Assembly: GCA_964636275.1 (NCBI GenBank)
Contig: CAZWRN010000001.1
Span: 22,070 to 86,069 of the forward strand
Direction: 5' to 3'
Source of the DNA: an uncultured Gammaproteobacteria bacterium
Lineage (GTDB): Bacteria > Patescibacteriota > Microgenomatia > Daviesbacterales > UBA10151
DNA: 64,000 bases
Shown: positions 42,365 to 51,414 of the stretch, piece after piece
Position numbering within the stretch: the first letter of the stretch is position 1
Layout of the letters: every line of letters starts with the position of its first letter
Notes under the pieces: generated by a model
Databases searched by the model: none
What the model saw: the letters and a program-made list of their open reading frames with translations, nothing else
What the model was told of the DNA's origin: nothing
Translations under genes and position numbers: made by a program

Positions 42365-42805
42365 ATGAAAATTGAAACAATTACCCTTTGTTCCAGTGCA
42401 TCGATGTATGAAAAATTGATCCTGATTGAAAAAGAGCTGTTGAAAGTGGGTTTTAAGGTGTTGGTTCCCTTGAGTGCTAGGAAGATGGAGGAAAAAGGGG
42501 ATTTTTCTATGACAGGAAAAAAAGCCTGGTTAAAAGACCCTAATTTATTTTATCACAAAAAAGCTTTAATGGATGCGCATTTTAAAAAAGTTGAAGCAGG
42601 TGATGCAGTTTTGGTGGTGAATATGGATAAAGGAGATATTAATGGTTACATTGGAGGGAATGTCCTGATGGAGATGATGTTGGCCTATTGGCTAAAGAAA
42701 CCGATCTATATATGGAAGCAAGTGGAACCAGAGAATCCTTTTTATGAGGAAATATTGGGAATGAATGTACAGTTTTTAAATGAAGACTTAACTAACCTTC
42801 TTTAG
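42365..42805 (+). CDS. Hypothetical protein (nucleoside 2-deoxyribosyltransferase-like fold is only a guess)
   Basis: ORF; start set at MKIETI. Confidence 0.35.
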   Translation: MKIETITLCSSASMYEKLILIEKELLKVGFKVLVPLSARKMEEKGDFSMTGKKAWLKDPNLFYHKKALMDAHFKKVEAGDAVLVVNMDKGDINGYIGGNVLMEMMLAYWLKKPIYIWKQVEPENPFYEEILGMNVQFLNEDLTNLL

Positions 42806-44603
42806 TTCCTACCAGATAAACTGCTTGCCAAGGACGGTAGTTGGAGCGGAAGGTGTCGTTGTAAAGTGTTTGTCCGGCGCGTTCAACTTTTCGGGTAAAG
42901 ACTACATTGGCTCCATTGGCTGCCCAGTCAACTTGTTTGACGGTGCCTTTGGGTAAAGTGGGATCATCTTGTCTGAGTTCAGGTGGAGCCGGAGTGACAC
43001 TGGTGATGACTGGAGTAGAGACCGTTGCCACCCGACCGTCTGAAGTACCATAAAAATCGATTGTCAGACTGGTACCAACTACTTTGGCCTGGATCAGGAT
43101 GTAGTGAGCGGTATCGTTTTTAAATTTAAAATCTACCGTAGGCGAAAAAATAGTGGCATCGATTCCAGGCGGATAGCCTTGTTCATAATAACCGACTCGG
43201 TAAGCATGAGCGACTCGGTTGGTGATCTGGACACCGGCATTTAAAGCGGCGCGAAAGATAGTGGTGGATACCTGGCAAACACCCCCGCCATCATCTAGTA
43301 CAGTGCGTCCACTTTTGATGACATAGGCTTGTTTGTATCCACTGGCGGCGGATATATCTCCCACTGTATTTACAAAAGAAAATTCTTCTCCTGGTGCGAC
43401 GAGCACACCATTAATTCGAGCAGCGGCCAGTCCGACATTGTAGATACGTCCTTCTATTGATCCAGCAAAGTTGGATTGCCCTCGGCCAATCAGCTCTTTA
43501 ATACCGTAGTCGTTGACTAGCTGATTTTTAGGATGAGTGATCTCCACCGGTAATTCGATCAGTTGTTTATTGCTGGTCAAAAGTGCTTCATTGAGCCTGT
43601 CGATAGCAAGAGGGATGTTCAAAGTCTGACCTTCGACTGGTGGTTGGAACTCTTTGATTTTTGGTCTATTTGGATCGGCGGTGTTCTCAACAGAAAAAAG
43701 AGGTTCTTGCGATGGTCGATCAATTGAAGTGGCGATGGTTTTAAAGTAATTGGTTACTTTTTGATGGTTCAGAGTGAGAGTGGTATCTGTTAGGTTTTGT
43801 TCGCCAATCTCTACAGACTCAATAATAATAGGTTGTCCAGCCAAATTGATGGATGCTAGTGTTGGCTGAGAAGACTGCATATCTATCAGGTTGACCAGAT
43901 CATTTATAGTCAAAGTATAGACTTTGTCTTTAAAAGTTAGTTGGAGTGGTTGGAGTTTGATCTCATCGAGTCGTTTTTTTATTTTTAGAGCTGTTTCATA
44001 GGATAGCCGAGGTGGTGCTGATCTGACTTGAATCTGATCACTGATCATCTGATCTCCGTTCATAAAATTAGTAATTTGCCTTTTGAGTGCTGTTTCATCG
44101 AATTCGAGTCCGGATTGAGACGGTGTGACAACTATTTGTTCACCATCGACTTTGATTTGTGAATCAATTGGTGGTTGATTGAGTTTGGTTGAGATTTGTT
44201 GAAGTTTGAAATCAAAAGATGGTTTATAACTGACTTCTATTTCGACAGTTTTTGGTGGAAAATATAGTTTTTGGTGACCATAAGTAAAAGCCTCAGCCAA
44301 GGCTCCCTGACTATCAATAAGTATGTCTTCGGATGCCAGCTGGATCATCAGATCTTCGGTATCTGTGGCATATCTAAATTGAGATTTTTGGTTTAAACGA
44401 TCTTTAAAGGTTTGATCTATTTTAGATTTAGCTTGGGGGATGGTGAGAAATGATACATCAACGCCGGCTATTTTGACGCCGGGATACATTTTATCAAACA
44501 AAAAAAGCCAGCTTACCACTAGTAAAAAAATTACCCCTAAGATACTAATCAAAATATAACCGAAAATAGGTACAAAATGGTTGTTTTTTTTCTGTTTGCT
44601 CAT
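42792..44603 (-). CDS. VanW-domain protein with an N-terminal membrane anchor
   Basis: VLDDGGGVCQVSTTIFRAALNAGVQITNR is the VanW signature; N-terminal TM FVPIFGYILISILGVIFLLVVSWLFLF. Confidence 0.75.
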   Translation of the reverse strand: MSKQKKNNHFVPIFGYILISILGVIFLLVVSWLFLFDKMYPGVKIAGVDVSFLTIPQAKSKIDQTFKDRLNQKSQFRYATDTEDLMIQLASEDILIDSQGALAEAFTYGHQKLYFPPKTVEIEVSYKPSFDFKLQQISTKLNQPPIDSQIKVDGEQIVVTPSQSGLEFDETALKRQITNFMNGDQMISDQIQVRSAPPRLSYETALKIKKRLDEIKLQPLQLTFKDKVYTLTINDLVNLIDMQSSQPTLASINLAGQPIIIESVEIGEQNLTDTTLTLNHQKVTNYFKTIATSIDRPSQEPLFSVENTADPNRPKIKEFQPPVEGQTLNIPLAIDRLNEALLTSNKQLIELPVEITHPKNQLVNDYGIKELIGRGQSNFAGSIEGRIYNVGLAAARINGVLVAPGEEFSFVNTVGDISAASGYKQAYVIKSGRTVLDDGGGVCQVSTTIFRAALNAGVQITNRVAHAYRVGYYEQGYPPGIDATIFSPTVDFKFKNDTAHYILIQAKVVGTSLTIDFYGTSDGRVATVSTPVITSVTPAPPELRQDDPTLPKGTVKQVDWAANGANVVFTRKVERAGQTLYNDTFRSNYRPWQAVYLVGTKEG

Positions 44604-44738
44604 GGCTGATATTGTAACAAATTTAGAAGATAGATGGTGGAGGGTAGAAGATCGGATTCGATAGTAGAATATAGAGATTAGCTTCTATTTTCCATCTTCC
44701 ATATTCTACCACCATCTTCAATCCTCTATAATAGATGT

Positions 44739-46142
44739 ATGTTTCGTTATCTGATCATCGGAGTGATTGCTTTTGCTATTTTATCGGCATTTTTATTTTG
44801 GAAATTCGGTCCTGATCTTTTTAAAAAAGAAGAACCCCCAACAGCTTCAGAACTGACTATTTGGGGTCTGTGGGAAGATGAATCCTTGCTCCAGCCGGCT
44901 TTTGAAGAGTACAAAAAGACCCACCCAAATTTAGTAATTAAATATGAGTATCAGTCTTCTTTAAACTACCGTTCACGAACTCAAACCAAAATAACTCAAG
45001 GCGAGGGGCCGGATATTTTGATGATTCATTCGACTTGGGTTCCAATGTTTTTGAAATCAAACTCTTTAGCAGCTGCGCCTGCTGAGGTAGTGCCGATGGC
45101 AGATTTTATGAAAGAGTTTAATCCAGTGGTAGTGGAAGACTTTACTAATTATAAAATGCTGGAAGATCAGATAAATCGTTCGCCAAATATTAAAGACAAA
45201 ACGAAAGCTTTGCAGGAACAATTTGTTAAAAGTGGCAAAATCTATGGAATGCCCAGAGGTATCGATGGTCTGGCTTTGTATGTAAATATGGATATATTAC
45301 AAAATATTGGAGGCCAAGTTCCTGTTACCTGGAATGAATTTAAAGATACAGCTTTTAAAGCCACTGTTGCACAAGATGGAGTCATTCAGACAAGTGGGGC
45401 AGCTATTGGTCTGACTGGAAATGTGGATCATTGGTCGGATATATTAGGCCTTTTATTTAGCCAACAGCCAGGGGCCAATATTGCAGCTCCAAACGACCAA
45501 AATGGGGCTGATGTTGTAAAGTTTTATACCGATTTTGTGCGCAATAAAGATATTAAAACCTGGGATAGTACAATGCCTCGGTCGACCGAGGCATTTGCAT
45601 CAGGTAAAGTACTGTTTTATTTTGCTCCTTCATGGCGGGCACATGAGCTGCGTCAATTAAATCCAAGTTTGAATTTTAAAATTTTCCCTGTTCCGCAGTT
45701 GGCAAGTAAAAAAGTAGCCTGGGCCAATTACTGGGGATATGGAGTCTCTTCACAAAGTAAATTTCAGAAAGATGCCTGGGAAATGGTGAAATTTTTAACC
45801 GCCGCTAATACAGAAAGCTTACTTTATCAGCAGGCCTCTACTGCAGAAGATCGTTTGTTTGGTCTTCCTTATGCCAATGTGACACTACAACAGCAACTCC
45901 AAGCCGATCCTTTGGTCGGAGCATTTGTCTCTCAGGGGCCTTACTATAAATCATGGTATTTGTCCTCGGATACCAAGGATCAAGGAATTAATGATGAGAT
46001 GATAAAATATTTTGAGGATGCGGTAAATGCAACTGCGCAAGGAAGTGATCCCCGTGGTGCACTTGAAACGACAAAAAAAGGTGTTGACCAGATTTTAGAT
46101 AAATATATCAACCCTTCGGCTGCATCACCAAGTCCAAAATAA
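44739..46142 (+). CDS. Extracellular solute-binding protein (ABC-type, family 1-like), membrane-anchored
   Basis: N-terminal TM then an about 440-aa periplasmic-binding-protein-like domain; no cognate permease nearby. Confidence 0.55.
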   Translation: MFRYLIIGVIAFAILSAFLFWKFGPDLFKKEEPPTASELTIWGLWEDESLLQPAFEEYKKTHPNLVIKYEYQSSLNYRSRTQTKITQGEGPDILMIHSTWVPMFLKSNSLAAAPAEVVPMADFMKEFNPVVVEDFTNYKMLEDQINRSPNIKDKTKALQEQFVKSGKIYGMPRGIDGLALYVNMDILQNIGGQVPVTWNEFKDTAFKATVAQDGVIQTSGAAIGLTGNVDHWSDILGLLFSQQPGANIAAPNDQNGADVVKFYTDFVRNKDIKTWDSTMPRSTEAFASGKVLFYFAPSWRAHELRQLNPSLNFKIFPVPQLASKKVAWANYWGYGVSSQSKFQKDAWEMVKFLTAANTESLLYQQASTAEDRLFGLPYANVTLQQQLQADPLVGAFVSQGPYYKSWYLSSDTKDQGINDEMIKYFEDAVNATAQGSDPRGALETTKKGVDQILDKYINPSAASPSPK

Positions 46143-46195
46143 TATAATCCATAAAGGCTGATATATCATGGGTGATGTATATCAAATAATTAGTA

Positions 46196-47140
46196 TCAAC
46201 TGAGGGGTTGAAGATTGATGAACTGGACTTCAACATCTAGCCTGACTCCAAATTTTTCAAACACCTTTTCAGAATAATCCCGAGCGAGATTCCAAAAATC
46301 TTTAGCTGTGCCGTCTCCTAGATTGATAAACAAATTGGCATGGTAGGGGGCAATTTGGATATTTCCCAGTTGGGCTCCTTTGGCTCCTACCATTTCTAAA
46401 AGTGTTCCTGCTGGAACTTTTCCATAAACTATTTTCTCCTCAGGTATTTTTGATTTAGCTTCTGGTGATAGTTCACTGGCGACAATATTTTTGAAGAAAC
46501 TGCCTGGACACATGATTCCCGGAGGGTATTTGGCTTCGCGTTTTTTGATGGTTTCAGCTGATTCCTGAGTTAATTGATCAGTATTGCCAGGTGTTAAGAC
46601 TATTTCAATCTCCAAAATATATTCATCAGAAAAATAATAAGCGTTGGATTTTGCTTTTTTAAAATAGCTATCCCGATAACCAAACAGACATTCATCTTTG
46701 GAAGAGGTGATGGTTTCTTTTTTAATCCGGTTGTACCAGAGGACTTTAGTCAGATGATCTGAGATGGATTGGCCATAGGCGCCAGCGTTTCCATAAATAG
46801 CGCCACCAATAGTGCCTGGAATCCCAGCTAGTTTTTCTAATCCGGCCAGCCCATGTTGATTGGCGTAGTCGACTGCTTCCTGTAAAAGAGTACCACTTTT
46901 TATTTTGAGTGTATTTCCAGATTGTTCGATCCCTTTGATGTCATTTTTGATGATGACAGAATCACTGCCTTCATCTGAGCAGAGTAAATTGCTGCCCGAA
47001 CCGATCATGACAATCAAATTTTTCTCGGCGATTTCTGAAGTGACAGTTTCGATGAGTTGTTGGGCTGATGAAACAGAGATGACTTTTTTGACCGGACCGC
47101 CGATATGAAGAGTGGTCAGCTCTTTGAGATTTTGGGTCAT
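46196..47140 (-). CDS. murB: UDP-N-acetylenolpyruvoylglucosamine reductase
   Basis: LTTLHIGGPVKKVISVSS..., MIGSGSNLL, GGAIYGNAGAYG. Confidence 0.85.
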   Translation of the reverse strand: MTQNLKELTTLHIGGPVKKVISVSSAQQLIETVTSEIAEKNLIVMIGSGSNLLCSDEGSDSVIIKNDIKGIEQSGNTLKIKSGTLLQEAVDYANQHGLAGLEKLAGIPGTIGGAIYGNAGAYGQSISDHLTKVLWYNRIKKETITSSKDECLFGYRDSYFKKAKSNAYYFSDEYILEIEIVLTPGNTDQLTQESAETIKKREAKYPPGIMCPGSFFKNIVASELSPEAKSKIPEEKIVYGKVPAGTLLEMVGAKGAQLGNIQIAPYHANLFINLGDGTAKDFWNLARDYSEKVFEKFGVRLDVEVQFINLQPLS

Positions 47141-47237
47141 GTATGAATTGTATCACTTCAGATTGATCATATGGTATAAACAGACTGTAGATGATGGGAA
47201 ATTGAGGATAGATATATTTTCTGTTGTCGATTTTCTT

Positions 47238-48104
47238 ATGGAAAAGGCAATTTTAAAAACACTGGTTTACGCTGATTTATTTGACTATCCTTTACTCGCC
47301 CAGGAAATTCATAAATGGCTGATAGGCCGGCAATCCAGTATAGAACAGGTCGATAAAATCCTTATCAGGTTAGTAAAAAATAAAAAGATAGGTTTCAAAA
47401 AAGGAGTTTATTTTTTAAAAAATCGATCAAAGCTGGCGGATATCCGGCATGAAAGGGAGGTCATCTCACAGAAGTACTATCAGAAAGCGGTATGGGTAGC
47501 CAGACTTTTTAAGATCGTCCCCTGGATTCAGTTGGTTGGTATTTCTGGTAGTTTGGCTTTGCGCAATGCAGATAAAAAAGCGGATATCGATCTGTTTGTT
47601 ATAACCAGAAGAAAAAGAGTTTGGTTGTCCAGGTTACTTTCCGCATTTATTTTAGAGTTGCTGGGCGTGAGGCGAGCCCGTGAGGCTTCAGTGACAGAGA
47701 GTGCTGGTAAAATCTGTCTTAATTTGCTGATTTCCGAAGACGCTATGCTTCAGTCCACCCACAATTTATATATCGCTCACGAAGTATTGCAGATGAAAGT
47801 ATTATGGGAAAGACAAAAAACATACCAGCGATTTTTAGAAGCCAATGAATGGGCGTTTGAATTTTTACCAAACTGGATTGGGATGACTGCGGTAGAAAAA
47901 AAGATTGGCAAAGGGATTAAAAAACAGTGGCGTTTTTTTGATTGGTTGGAATATTTAGTTGAGGTATTGCAAAGAAGATATATGGGGCGGGTGTTGAGGG
48001 AGGAGAAGGTTGGTCATCAGATGGCCTATTTTCACCCCGATGATGCAGGTGAATGGGTGATGAGGGAATATAGTAAAAAAATTATAAAGTATAAAGTATT
48101 ATAA
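47238..48104 (+). CDS. Pol-beta-superfamily nucleotidyltransferase-domain protein
   Basis: GISGSLALRNADKKADIDLFVI (hG[GS]...DxD); start set at MEKAIL to avoid overlap with murB; the C-terminus overlaps the AAAGTATAAAG repeat. Confidence 0.45.
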   Translation: MEKAILKTLVYADLFDYPLLAQEIHKWLIGRQSSIEQVDKILIRLVKNKKIGFKKGVYFLKNRSKLADIRHEREVISQKYYQKAVWVARLFKIVPWIQLVGISGSLALRNADKKADIDLFVITRRKRVWLSRLLSAFILELLGVRRAREASVTESAGKICLNLLISEDAMLQSTHNLYIAHEVLQMKVLWERQKTYQRFLEANEWAFEFLPNWIGMTAVEKKIGKGIKKQWRFFDWLEYLVEVLQRRYMGRVLREEKVGHQMAYFHPDDAGEWVMREYSKKIIKYKVL

Positions 48105-48165
48105 AGTATAAAGTATAAAGTATAAGCGAAGCTTTCATGCTCCGCATATAAAGTATAAAACGGAG
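48084..48165. repeat. Tandem AAAGTAT(T)A(T)AAAG short repeats plus a CTCCG/CGGAG hairpin
   Basis: attataaagtataaagtattataaagtataaagtataaagtataagcgaagctttcatgctccgcatataaagtataaaacggagttgc; family members at 35651-35684, 48832-48870 and 51321-51352. Confidence 0.75.
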
Positions 48166-48206
48166 TTGCTAGGTTTTATAATTTAGACTTTATCCTTTAT
48201 CATTTC

Positions 48207-48830
48207 TTATTCTGCTAGGTGGGCAAAGTCGTTGACGCTTTTTACCCGCCAGCCTTTATCCTGATTAAACGTACAAACAGAAATAGCGGTATTATCTATC
48301 GACATTCCATGAAATGAGTCATCAAATTGCTCGATTCGGAGTGTGTCCTTTAAAATAATCAGCATTATAACCATCTTGATAAAGACGCCGTGTGATACAA
48401 CCACGATATTTTCTTCTGGTCTTTTTTCAAGCATCTGTAAAACATCTGCTGCTCTTTTTTTTATATCAAAAAAATTTTCTTCATCTGAATGATGATGTTC
48501 CGGATCTGGATGCGTATCTAAAAAATGGCGGAGTTTTTCTAGTTCTGGATCATCGTAAGGTTGATTGTGAAATGAAGAAGGTCTTTTTCTTTCTACCAAA
48601 GAATCCATCACCTGCATTGGTTTGCCAGTAGCTTCTTGAATTGCTTTGGCTGTTTCATGAGCCCTGGTGAAAGAGCTTGCCAGGATTACATCAAAATCCA
48701 CATGAGTCAAACGCTCGGCAACAATCTTGGCTTGTTGCTGTCCCAGTTCAGACAGTTTTACATCTGCACCTTGATAATTTCTGGCAACATTGTTGACGGA
48801 TTCGCCATGGCGAACGAAGTAAATAGTCAT
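48207..48830 (-). CDS. Histidine phosphatase family protein (phosphoglycerate mutase-like)
   Basis: IYFVRHGESVNN RHGE motif and the catalytic His region. Confidence 0.8.
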   Translation of the reverse strand: MTIYFVRHGESVNNVARNYQGADVKLSELGQQQAKIVAERLTHVDFDVILASSFTRAHETAKAIQEATGKPMQVMDSLVERKRPSSFHNQPYDDPELEKLRHFLDTHPDPEHHHSDEENFFDIKKRAADVLQMLEKRPEENIVVVSHGVFIKMVIMLIILKDTLRIEQFDDSFHGMSIDNTAISVCTFNQDKGWRVKSVNDFAHLAE

Positions 48831-48940
48831 GAAAGAAAGTATAAAGGATAGATTATAAATTATAAATAAGAATTATGAATGGATATTTTCGATTTATGAT
48901 TCAAGATTTACGAATATCCTAATACTAATTAACTAACCCA

Positions 48941-48980
48941 TTGGCAGCTCTTGACAATGATTGCTAATTTATTGTATATA
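48941..48980 (+). promoter_or_regulatory. groESL promoter (-35 TTGACA) overlapped by a degenerate CIRCE-like inverted repeat
   Basis: TTGGCAGCTC-ttgacaatg-ATTGCTAA compared with the CIRCE consensus TTAGCACTC-N9-GAGTGCTAA; TTGACA 48951-48956, TATATA about 18 nt downstream. Confidence 0.35.
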
Positions 48981-49033
48981 TTCACTTACACAACTGCCTC
49001 AGACTTTTAGTTCTGAACTTCTTTTAAAAAATT

Positions 49034-49354
49034 ATGGCTAAAAAAAATATTGAAGAGACCAAAAAAGTTTCACTTCGCCCACTCATGGGGTATCTTTTAG
49101 TAGAGCCTGTAGCAGCTGAGACGAAAACAGCTTCTGGGCTTTATTTACCAGATAGTGCTCAGGAAAAACCAGCTGGCCAGGGTGTGGTTGTAGCAGTTGG
49201 CACAGATATTATCGTCAATGGTCAAACATTTACCTCGCCGGTCAAAGTGGGGGAAAAGATCGTCTATAAAAAATGGGGTGGGGATGAAGTTAAACTCGGT
49301 GGTGTGGAATACAAACTAGTAAAATTTGAAGATGTGATGGGGGTATTTGAGTAA
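49034..49354 (+). CDS. groES: Co-chaperonin GroES
   Basis: LRPLMGYLLVEPVAAETKTASGLYLPDSAQEKPAGQGVVVAVG. Confidence 0.95.
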   Translation: MAKKNIEETKKVSLRPLMGYLLVEPVAAETKTASGLYLPDSAQEKPAGQGVVVAVGTDIIVNGQTFTSPVKVGEKIVYKKWGGDEVKLGGVEYKLVKFEDVMGVFE

Positions 49355-49686
49355 TGAAAATTGAGCTTAGATCTCAAAGCATGGGATTAGTTGATGCTTT
49401 ACGAAAGCCTATTCTAGATCAGCAATCACCAGATCGAGATTTTGTACAGAGAGCTAGGACTCGAATTGATGTGATCAATCAAAAAGCTATAATGATGACC
49501 GAAGTATTAGGTTTACCTCCTGAGTTTAAATATGATGTAATGGCCGGAGTTAATACTCCTGCATTATTAGATTCTCAGTTATCAATGATGGTAGATGGTC
49601 GGTTAACTCGATTAACTCCCGAAGGAATTAGTGCTTTGAATTTTCAGCATATGAGAATGGGAAGAACAGGAGGCCTAACAGAATAA
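49354..49686 (+). CDS. Hypothetical 110-aa protein encoded between groES and groEL
   Basis: ATG overlaps the groES TAA (TAATG); stop 1 nt before the groEL ATG; no known motif. Confidence 0.5.
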   Translation: MKIELRSQSMGLVDALRKPILDQQSPDRDFVQRARTRIDVINQKAIMMTEVLGLPPEFKYDVMAGVNTPALLDSQLSMMVDGRLTRLTPEGISALNFQHMRMGRTGGLTE

Positions 49687-49687
49687 T

Positions 49688-51319
49688 ATGGCAAAAATAC
49701 TTAAATTTGATGCAGAGGCACGAGAAAAATTGTTAAAGGGTATTAATACCCTGACTGACGCAGTTGCTGCGACACTTGGTCCAAAAGGACGCAATGCAGC
49801 GATCGATCGAAAATGGGGTGCGCCAAACGTTGTGCATGATGGTGTCACTGTGGCTAAAGAGATCGAGTTAGAAGATCCATTTGAAAATATGGGGGCACAG
49901 ATCCTCAAAGAAGCAGCTTCCAAAACCAATGATATTGCTGGTGATGGTACGACCACAGCTACTGTTTTAGCTCAGGCTATCGTATCTGAAGCTTTGAAAA
50001 ATATCCAGGCTGGTGCCAATCCAATGGTCTTAAGACGAGGAATAGATCGGGCAGTGACGGAAGTAGTTGCTGAGCTAAAAAAGATGAGTAAAAAATTGGT
50101 AACTCCAGAAGAGATCACTCAGGTTGCAACTATTTCGGCTCAAAATGAGGAGATTGGCCGACTTATCTCAGAAGCAATTGCCAAAGTTGGTAAAGATGGT
50201 GTTATCACTGTCGAAGAAGGCAAAACCATGCAGATGAGTGTGGACTATAAAGAAGGTATGGAGTTTGATAAAGGTTACCAATCACCTTATTTTGTGACCG
50301 ACTCAGACAAAATGGAAGCTTCGATGGAAGATGTTCATATCCTGATCACTGATAAAAAGATCTCAGCGATGGCGGAGTTTATGCCATTTTTGGAAAAATA
50401 TGTTCAGGTATCAAAAACCCTGGTTATCATTGCTGAAGAGGTCGAAGGTGAAGCTTTGACTACCCTGATCCTCAATAAAATCCGTGGTTCTTTCAATGTC
50501 TTAGCTGTAGCTGCTCCTGGATTTGGTGATCGCAGAAAACAGATGCTGGAAGATATTGCTATTTTAACGGGTGGTACTGTTGTCTCAGCCGAGACTGGTA
50601 TGAAGTTTGAAGATATTGATATTGAAAAAGATCTCGGTCGGGCAGGCAGGGTGACTTCAACCAAAGATTCTACTTTAATTGTGGACGGTAAAGGTAGTAA
50701 GAAAGCTTTGGAAGCACGAATTGCTCAGATCAGACGAGAGCTGGCTGCGGCTGATAGTGAATTTGATAAAGAAAAGTTGCAGGAAAGATTGGCTAAATTG
50801 ACTGGTGGTGTAGCAGTACTCAACGTCGGTGCAGCAACTGAAGTTGAGATGAAGGAGAAAAAAGAGCGGGTGATCGATGCCGTATCTGCAACAAAAGCGG
50901 CTTTGGATGAAGGTATTGTGCCTGGTGGAGAGACTGCTTTACTGCGGGCAATGGTTGCTTTGGATAAAGTTAAAGTAGCTGATGATGAAGAACAGCTAGG
51001 AATTACTCTGGTAAGAAAAGCTTTGGAAAAACCATTTAGAAAGTTGCTACAAAACGGTGGAATGGATGAGGGTGTTGCTTTAGTTAAGGTTTTGGAGAGT
51101 AAAGGCAATATGGGTATTGATCTGATGGATGGTCAGTTGAAAGATTTGGTTAAAGCGGGTGTGATTGATCCTGTCAAAGTGACCCGAAGTGCGCTGCAAA
51201 ATGCTGCATCAGTGGCGATCATGGTGATGACTACCAATGTTTTGATCACCGATGCTCCGGAAAAAGAAAAAGGTTCACCAGCCATGCCAGGTGGTGGCAT
51301 GCCAGGAATGGATTATTAG
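49688..51319 (+). CDS. groEL: Chaperonin GroEL
   Basis: [36 protein letters not shown]..., [12 protein letters not shown]-terminal GGM tail [11 protein letters not shown]. Confidence 0.97.
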   Translation: MAKILKFDAEAREKLLKGINTLTDAVAATLGPKGRNAAIDRKWGAPNVVHDGVTVAKEIELEDPFENMGAQILKEAASKTNDIAGDGTTTATVLAQAIVSEALKNIQAGANPMVLRRGIDRAVTEVVAELKKMSKKLVTPEEITQVATISAQNEEIGRLISEAIAKVGKDGVITVEEGKTMQMSVDYKEGMEFDKGYQSPYFVTDSDKMEASMEDVHILITDKKISAMAEFMPFLEKYVQVSKTLVIIAEEVEGEALTTLILNKIRGSFNVLAVAAPGFGDRRKQMLEDIAILTGGTVVSAETGMKFEDIDIEKDLGRAGRVTSTKDSTLIVDGKGSKKALEARIAQIRRELAAADSEFDKEKLQERLAKLTGGVAVLNVGAATEVEMKEKKERVIDAVSATKAALDEGIVPGGETALLRAMVALDKVKVADDEEQLGITLVRKALEKPFRKLLQNGGMDEGVALVKVLESKGNMGIDLMDGQLKDLVKAGVIDPVKVTRSALQNAASVAIMVMTTNVLITDAPEKEKGSPAMPGGGMPGMDY

Positions 51320-51350
51320 AAATTACAAAGTATAAAGGATAAAGTATAAA

Positions 51351-51378
51351 AGTCTCCGCAAGGAGGCTTTTTTGTGCT
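51351..51378 (+). terminator. Rho-independent terminator after groEL
   Basis: agtCTCCgcaaGGAGgcttttttgtg. Confidence 0.7.
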
Positions 51379-51414
51379 CTTGATTCCTACTTAAAAATCT
51401 ATACAATACCTCTA

